Of a DNA stretch of 20,417 nt, positions 16,001-20,417 are shown in pieces. Origin of the DNA: Microcoleus sp. (lineage in GTDB: Bacteria; Cyanobacteriota; Cyanobacteriia; Cyanobacteriales; Microcoleaceae); the NCBI GenBank assembly GCA_042408215.1, contig JAYFMW010000024.1, positions 1 through 20,417 on the forward strand, given 5' to 3'. The position numbers were made by a program, and so were the translations under genes. The stretch's first letter is position 1, and each line of letters starts with the position of its first letter. The notes beneath the pieces are model-generated. The model did not search any database. It was not told the origin of the DNA and was given only the letters and a program-made list of their open reading frames with translations.

Positions 16001-19000
16001 AATCCAGGGCGGGGCGTAGGTTCCACCTAGCTGTATAGTGAAATTCCGAATTTCTGAATCAGGTAAGCCGAAGGGATTTTTCCAAGTTTGTGTTGGCGCA
16101 AGTTTAAGCTTACTTGTGATCGATTCAGGTTGAAAGATAATATCTGCCGAAACATTTAATTCAGGTTCGTTGTCTTGGAAAGGATCGTAACCTGTAATAC
16201 TGACGCTTCCTCCAATCCCGAACTTTGGCGTTGAAGTGGTTGTCGTATTGATGTTGAATGTAGCATCTGTAAGTTCAATCCATAGTGGATCTACTTTTAA
16301 AAGTGTTAGTTTTTCTGTGCTTAAATTGGCGGTGACACTAAGTTCTCCTTTCGATGTATTTACCTCGGTTTCCAGCTCTATCTCTTTAATTTTTAGCTGT
16401 TCATTAATGAAGTCTAAGACATTGGGCTTCCCAGAATCTTTCTCTTCTTCAAAGTTCACCTTCCCACCGAGTTTGTAAGTAGGAGTGGGGCTATTAAGTT
16501 CAGAGATGGTTAAGCTAGGTTGGCTAATCGGTATTGTTAGATCGGCTGTAATTTTGTTAACAAGAGGAAGGTGTGGAAGGTCTGCGAACTTACTGAAATC
16601 TACTTCCCCGTCGTATGTGACTGTAAGTTCATTGTTTTGATACTCAACAGTTAGTGGGTTGACCTTCGCGATCAGTTCTGAAAGAACTGACTCTACTGCA
16701 CCAGATACATTAATTCCCTTATTTGTCAGGTAAGTGTCCAATTCAGTCGAGTTATCAATCTTAGAATCAGTATTGGTGAAGTTCCAATCGGTTGTATTTG
16801 TAATACCACTGTAGTTGTTACCAGCTAAGTCTTTAATCGCACCGTTGGCAATTTCTACATAGTATTGGGTGTTGTCAGCTAGGTTGTTTGTCGGGTCAAT
16901 AGTGACGGTTGAGCCGCTGATAGTGACATTGGTAGAAGTCACGTTGATAGTTTCCACTACTGAGTTATCGGAAACTTTTTTGATGACGATGTTGCCAGTG
17001 CCTTTTTGCACGGCTTCACTGAAAGCGACAACTGCATTAGCAGTAACTGCAACAGTAGTGGCGTTATTTACGGGTGTGAAAGTGGTGACAGTAGGCGCTG
17101 TGGTATCAGCAGTGGTGAAATTCCAAGTAGTTGCACCTGTAGTGCCGGCATAATTATTACCAGCTAAGTCTTTAATTGCACCGGCCGCAATTTCAACGTA
17201 ATAACCAGTACCTTGCGCTAAATCTGCCGTGGGATTAACTGTTACTGTACTGCCGCTAACGGTGACATTGGTGGAGGTAACATTTATAGTTTCCACAACT
17301 GAGTTATCCGAAACTTTCTTGATAACAATGTTGCCAGTGCCTTTTTGCACCGCTTCACTCAAGGTGACAACTGCATTAGCAGCAACTGCAACAGTAGTGG
17401 CGTTATTTACAGGTGTGAAAGTGGTGGCTGTAGGCGCTGTGGTATCAGCAGTGTTGAATTTCCAAGCAGTTGCGCCTGTAATACCGGCATAATTATTACC
17501 AGCTAAGTCTTTAATTGCACCGGCCGCAATTTCAACGTAATAACCAGTACCTTGCGCTAAATCTGCCGTGGGATTAACTGTTACTGTACTGCCGCTAACG
17601 GTGACATTTGTGGAGGTAACATTGATAGTTTCCACAACTGAGTTATCCGAAACTTTCTTGATAACAATGTTGCCAGTGCCTTTTTGCACCGCTTCACTCA
17701 AGGTGACAACTGCATTAGCAGTAACTGCAACAGTAGTGGCGTTATTTACGGGTGTGAAAGTGGTGACAGTAGGCGCTGTGGTATCAGCAGTGGTGAAATT
17801 CCAAGTAGTTGCACCTGTAGTGCCGGCATAATTATTACCAGCTAAGTCTTTAATTGCACCGGCCGCAATTTCAACGTAATAACCAGTACCTTGCGCTAAA
17901 TCTGCCGTGGGATTAACTGTTACTGTACTGCCGCTAACGGTGACATTGGTGGAGGTAACATTTATAGTTTCCACAACTGAGTTATCCGAAACTTTCTTGA
18001 TAACAATGTTGCCAGTGCCTTTTTGCACCGCTTCACTCAAGGTGACAACTACATTAGCAGCTACGGCAACAGTAGTGGCGTTATCTAGGGGAGTGAAAGT
18101 GGCGGCTGTCGGCGGTGTGGTGTCAGCAGTGGTGAAATTCCAAGCAGTTGCGCCTGTAGTGCCGGCATAATTGTTACCAGCTAAGTCTTTAATTGCACCA
18201 GCAGCAATTTCAACGTAATAACCAGTACCTTGCGCTAAATCTGCCGTGGGATTAACTGTTACTGTACTGCCGCTAACGGTGACATTTGTGGAGGTAACAT
18301 TGATAGTTTCCACAACTGAGTTATCCGAAACTTTCTTGATAACAATGTTGCCAGTGCCTTTTTGCACCGCTTCACTCAAGGTGACAACTGCATTAGCAGC
18401 AACTGCAACAGTAGTGGCGTTATTTACAGGTGTGAAAGTGGTGACAGTAGGCGCTGTGGTATCAGCAGTGGTGAAATTCCAAGTAGTTGCACCTGTAATA
18501 CCACTGTAATTATTACCAGCTAAGTCTTTAATCGCACCGGCCGCAATTTCAACGTAGTAACCAGTACCTTGCGCTAAATCTGCCGTGGGATTAACTGTTA
18601 CTGTACTACCACTAACGGTGACATTAGCTGCGGTAACATTGATAGTTTCAACAACTGAGTTATCCGAGACTTTCTTGATAACAATATTGCCAGTGCCTTT
18701 TTGCACAGCTTCACTCAAGGTGACAACTAAATTAGCCGCAACGGCAATATTCGTGGCGTTATCGGCGGGGGTGAAAGTTGTGACTGTAGGCGCTGTGGTA
18801 TCAGCAGTGTTGAAATTCCAAGCAGTTGCACCTGTAGTGCCGGCATAATTATTGCCTGCTAAGTCTTTAATTGCACCAGCCGCAATTTCAACATAGTAAC
18901 CAGTGCCTTGCGCTAAATCTGCGGTGGGATTAACTGTTACTGTACTACCACTAACGGTGACATTAGCTGCGGTAACATTGATAGTTTCAACAACTGAGTT

Positions 19001-20417
19001 ATCCGAGACTTTCTTGATAACAATATTGCCAGTGCCTTTTTGCACAGCTTCACTCAAGGTGACAACTAAATTAGCCGCAACTGCAATATTCGTGGCGTTA
19101 TCTAGGGGGGTGAAAGTGGCAGTAGGCGGTGTGGTATCAGCAGCGACAGCCGTGGTAAAATTCCAAGTAGTTGCGCCTGTAGTACCGGCATAATTGTTAC
19201 CAGCTAAGTCTTGAATCGCACCAGCAGCAATTTCAACGTAATAATCAGTACCGGGCGCTAAATCTGCCGTGGGATTAACTGTGACTGTACTACCGCTAAC
19301 AGTAACATTAGCTGCGGTAACATTGATAGTTTCAACAACTGAGTTATCCGAGACTTTCTTGATAACAATATTGCCAGTGCCTTTTTGCACAGCTTCACTC
19401 AAGGTGACAACTAAATTAGCAGTAACTGCAACAGTAGTGGCGTTATCTAGGGGGGTGAAAGTGGCAGTAGGCGGTGTGGTATCAGCGGCGACAGCAGTGG
19501 TGAAATTCCAAGCCGTTGCGCCTGTAGTGCCGGCATAATTGTTACCAGCTAAGTCTTGAATCGCACCAGCAGCAATTTCAACGTAATAATCAGTACCATT
19601 AACCAAGTCGAGAGTTGGATTAACTGTGACTGTACTACCGCTAACAGTAACATTAGCTGCGGTAACATTGATAGTTTCAACAACTGAGTTATCCGAGACT
19701 TTCTTGATAACAATATTGCCAGTGCCTTTTTGCACAGCTTCACTCAAGGTGACAACTAAATTAGCAGTAACTGCAACAGTAGTGGCGTTATCTAGGGGGG
19801 TGAAAGTGGCAGTAGGCGGTGTGGTATCAGCGGCGACAGCAGTGGTGAAATTCCAAGCAGTTGCACCTGTAGTGCCGGCATAATTATTACCAGCTAAGTC
19901 TTGAATTGCACCAGCAGCAATTTCAACGTAATAATCAGTGCCATCAACTAAGTCGAGAGTTGGATTAACGGTGACGGTACTGCCGCTAACAGTGACATTA
20001 GCTGCGGTAACATTTATAGTTTCCACCACTGAATTGTCCGAGACTTTCTTGATGACAATATTGCCAGTGCCTTTCTGCACAGCTTCACTCAAGGTGACAA
20101 CTAAATTAGCCGCCACTGCAACAGTAGTGGCGTTGTCGGCGGGGGTGAAAGTGGTGACAGTAGGCGCTGTGGTGTCAGCAGTGGTGAAATTCCAAGCAGT
20201 TGCGCCTGTAGTGCCGGCATAATTATTACCTGCAATATCTTTAATCGCACCGGCGGCAATTTCAACGTAGTAATCTGTGCTTTGCGCTAAATCTGCCACT
20301 GGGTTAATGGTGACGCTACTACCAGTAACAGTGACATTGGTGGAGGTAACATTGATAGTTTCAACAACTGAGTTATCCGAGACTTTCTTGATGACAATAT
20401 TGCCAGTGCCTTTTTGC
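10088..20417 (-). CDS. Giant type I-secreted RTX/Ig-like-repeat adhesin-like surface protein (5' end beyond window, >3,440 aa)
   Basis: Frame stays open to the window edge; tandem Ig-like repeats, two blocks of GGxGxD Ca-binding nonapeptides, Pro/Thr linker and typical tail GNDIFVL..GQGFDIIADFTLGQDLIGL. Confidence 0.93.
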   Translation of the reverse strand, partial: QKGTGNIVIKKVSDNSVVETINVTSTNVTVTGSSVTINPVADLAQSTDYYVEIAAGAIKDIAGNNYAGTTGATAWNFTTADTTAPTVTTFTPADNATTVAVAANLVVTLSEAVQKGTGNIVIKKVSDNSVVETINVTAANVTVSGSTVTVNPTLDLVDGTDYYVEIAAGAIQDLAGNNYAGTTGATAWNFTTAVAADTTPPTATFTPLDNATTVAVTANLVVTLSEAVQKGTGNIVIKKVSDNSVVETINVTAANVTVSGSTVTVNPTLDLVNGTDYYVEIAAGAIQDLAGNNYAGTTGATAWNFTTAVAADTTPPTATFTPLDNATTVAVTANLVVTLSEAVQKGTGNIVIKKVSDNSVVETINVTAANVTVSGSTVTVNPTADLAPGTDYYVEIAAGAIQDLAGNNYAGTTGATTWNFTTAVAADTTPPTATFTPLDNATNIAVAANLVVTLSEAVQKGTGNIVIKKVSDNSVVETINVTAANVTVSGSTVTVNPTADLAQGTGYYVEIAAGAIKDLAGNNYAGTTGATAWNFNTADTTAPTVTTFTPADNATNIAVAANLVVTLSEAVQKGTGNIVIKKVSDNSVVETINVTAANVTVSGSTVTVNPTADLAQGTGYYVEIAAGAIKDLAGNNYSGITGATTWNFTTADTTAPTVTTFTPVNNATTVAVAANAVVTLSEAVQKGTGNIVIKKVSDNSVVETINVTSTNVTVSGSTVTVNPTADLAQGTGYYVEIAAGAIKDLAGNNYAGTTGATAWNFTTADTTPPTAATFTPLDNATTVAVAANVVVTLSEAVQKGTGNIVIKKVSDNSVVETINVTSTNVTVSGSTVTVNPTADLAQGTGYYVEIAAGAIKDLAGNNYAGTTGATTWNFTTADTTAPTVTTFTPVNNATTVAVTANAVVTLSEAVQKGTGNIVIKKVSDNSVVETINVTSTNVTVSGSTVTVNPTADLAQGTGYYVEIAAGAIKDLAGNNYAGITGATAWKFNTADTTAPTATTFTPVNNATTVAVAANAVVTLSEAVQKGTGNIVIKKVSDNSVVETINVTSTNVTVSGSTVTVNPTADLAQGTGYYVEIAAGAIKDLAGNNYAGTTGATTWNFTTADTTAPTVTTFTPVNNATTVAVTANAVVAFSEAVQKGTGNIVIKKVSDNSVVETINVTSTNVTISGSTVTIDPTNNLADNTQYYVEIANGAIKDLAGNNYSGITNTTDWNFTNTDSKIDNSTELDTYLTNKGINVSGAVESVLSELIAKVNPLTVEYQNNELTVTYDGEVDFSKFADLPHLPLVNKITADLTIPISQPSLTISELNSPTPTYKLGGKVNFEEEKDSGKPNVLDFINEQLKIKEIELETEVNTSKGELSVTANLSTEKLTLLKVDPLWIELTDATFNINTTTTSTPKFGIGGSVSITGYDPFQDNEPELNVSADIIFQPESITSKLKLAPTQTWKNPFGLPDSEIRNFTIQLGGTYAPPWIDNVGFMGDLKFGNFDIQAAFAVDSNDPKKFAVELTANNPINIVDLWAGPVGSYLIKQVGKEVGFVKTAEGFLKEVLDLNIKSIDGNADKILDPLLKLVPFNTEIGETKLTKGFGINGQINLWGKDVILSLNANPYDVINPSLNGSLKIDEIDWGFLKLTGADGDNDKTLDLNLKVDTTEQYLKGDGKLEVFGATVAKANFEITPTSVKVKDYDVNFGVVALDINDFSLDIGNKTASGSATLKLLGNEIAAVQINGNEKDGLTVQGNIDLFGVVSIEDATIDVKNAKDITIKGTAKIFGQTLEYASISIKDGKLEVTGGIGYDIPEIGNVGATLTITSDGRPSSSQMAVSFSAGPLGGVQYTILDLAPLRSIEDVFDQAIGRVLGVVTEAVNKAIDGVVTGFNTVSSAVLDTFDKIGAFLGNPVEGAIEIGIGIVRNGVNIEDGLDNNDNKFDAMGGNDKVWGNGGNDWLIGGGGEDYLNGEDGNDKLEGSTGHDSLRGESGDDQLFGQQEQDSLYGGDGNDLLDGGESGDLLYGGAGNDLLDGGPGNDGDDLNGDDGNDKLQGRDGNDILRGKRGDDLLYGDQGNDRLYGDEGTDFLIGGDGDDLLAGWDDNDRLNGDHGNDTLEGQDGNDQLHGYQGNDSLDGGNGNDVLYGQGDNDFLQGGDGDDALYGEDNGKQGGNYDGSHDNDKLEGGNGKDKLFGGLGDDFLSGGNDNDLLSGEAGNDKLNGDGGDDFLDGGDGNDSLNGGSDNDTLFGRNGNDFLEGFDGNDYLYGGDGNDQIYSHDGDDILKGEAGDDAIGGGSNNDLLDGGDGNDSLYGEGGYDTLSGGNGSNVLDGGDGIDVADYRFATGAVEARLTNGKAWFSGNVDKFISIENIIGSANNDTLVGSAENNTLSGQAGDDKLFGESGNDQLKGEEGNDELHGWEGDDKLFGDSGNDLLIGQDGNDELHGWEGNDTLQGGVGNDTLYGQQGDDNIQGEEGNDYLDGGAGNDTIDGGAGNDILLLTGQKEDYKFTETATGWRIVALNGDVKIVTGVEKFQYLLSNTDFNLSSVFDRDVIFNYNGGATDPTQDGLSTWNETLLTQSFATFKNPANGNGLPDNGFFRANAYHPDVQLGYNNTNNGNNAKVLTTNNTSFTLAVTPKKYSEIHLFATSTNGNAGMQVTFKYSDGNTETIPASVPDWFDEITETSSSYYLINGMDRSKDTTQDGYDNTNDPALFGFKFNPNSAKMLQSITVTKTSGSTTNNWLGVFGATGVFRTKTFTADTLRTYYKSRVIDGYIGSGKVFFDANLNGMLDEAEPFTITRADGSIDLNVDIEKFDINKNGELDYTEGQFVLMGGMDIIGGVDAATGLPMATPLTSTLASTVVTPLTTAIASMVQQGADPATAETQVKSALGLPAGVDLGSYDPLEAIAKGDTNGVSVFGSMILVQNTIVQTAKFIEGVSETAVAQLAFSGIGAIANQLKGGAAVDLGKTETILAILQGAITKAAESDPKINPTQLVASAAAASQIMALGNQIVKDVLASGRPIKDIALDITKLQAVSVGQIAVGLSDLAAGTVTVEDFLAQNSQEAILARMETVKVNDPTVRPVVETIALKDPIVDPEAPTSDGTGTTPDTTPGTVTPTSTTAISGKPTPIPLVTPTPKTTPTPSETPSATTSETPTSSETTNNISNDDCICDQITYPKFNQPNAVENTIIGGAAIQIGTAQNDELLGSNTGNIFNGKSGDDNLYGGAGNDIFNGNQGNDFITGGKGDDILYGDEGNDIILGESGNDLMYGGKGNDLLHGREGTDIIYGNKDDDFIDGGKDNDTLYGGKGNDILLGSQGDDNLFGQDGDDTICGGEGNDLINGDAGADILGGCAGNDTLYGGADNDTLTGGKGDDLLDGGMANDSLIGGSGNDIFVLKAGQGFDIIADFTLGQDLIGLTGGLSFGQLEMTQNTQGTILKNLLTGEQLGVMVGVSPTAITSANFMLV
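10300..10900 (-). repeat. C-terminal RTX (hemolysin-type Ca-binding) nonapeptide block
   Basis: Continuous GGKGND.LYG-type repeats in the translation; coordinates approximate. Confidence 0.85.
12990..14670 (-). repeat. Internal RTX nonapeptide block, interrupted by a DVADY..SIENIIGS module
   Basis: Long run of GGDGND.L.G repeats; coordinates approximate. Confidence 0.85.
16772..20417 (-). repeat. Tandem array of 10 complete plus 1 partial Ig-like (Big_5/SbsA-type) domains, 339- and 345-bp units
   Basis: Repeating DTTAPT..FTP.NNAT.VAV.AN.VVTLSEAVQKGTGNIVIKK..YYVEIAAGAIKDLAGNNYAG..WNFTT; near-identical at DNA level. Confidence 0.95.

Noticed and set aside
10468..16478. Many short alternative-frame and antisense ORFs (Met/Thr- or Ser/Pro-rich)
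   Set aside because: Frame shadows of RTX and Pro/Thr repeats within the giant CDS
16869..20222. Ten similar 85-96 aa ORFs on the + strand, and a possible CRISPR-like periodicity
   Set aside because: Antisense shadows of the Ig-repeat coding array; the period is 339/345 bp with no unique spacers

Overview
Chromosomal window from a filamentous cyanobacterium, probably Microcoleus/Oscillatoriales, judging by HIP1 GCGATCGC sites, AGAAACC(G/C)GGTTTCT repeats and ATGCCCC heptamer repeats. Left to right: (1) 1-3709 is the right end of a tyrosine-integrase element inserted in tRNA-Gly(UCC). It holds a coupled operon of small hypothetical/membrane genes, a likely antisense-RNA/leader-peptide control region, an integrase with two +1 frameshifts, arm-type repeats and the displaced 3' half of the tRNA. 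(2) 3710-4230 looks like the scar of a second, older element at the same tRNA site, abutting a C-terminally truncated WbuC-like cupin gene. (3) A TPR protein gene. (4) An AT-rich, HIP1-free two-gene cassette: a TcmP-type (three-Cys-motif partner) SAM-dependent methyltransferase-fold protein plus an SPL-like radical SAM enzyme, inserted between the TPR gene and mtnP. This is the best candidate for an uncharacterised system (possible DNA modification or defence). (5) mtnP and a small conserved cyanobacterial ORF. (6) A >3,400-aa type I-secreted adhesin-like protein running off the right edge, with at least 10.5 tandem Ig-like repeats, a ~690-aa unassigned beta-rich region, RTX repeats, a putative carbohydrate-binding beta-sandwich and a C-terminal RTX/T1SS tail. 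All family calls come from motif recognition by eye; no searches were run.
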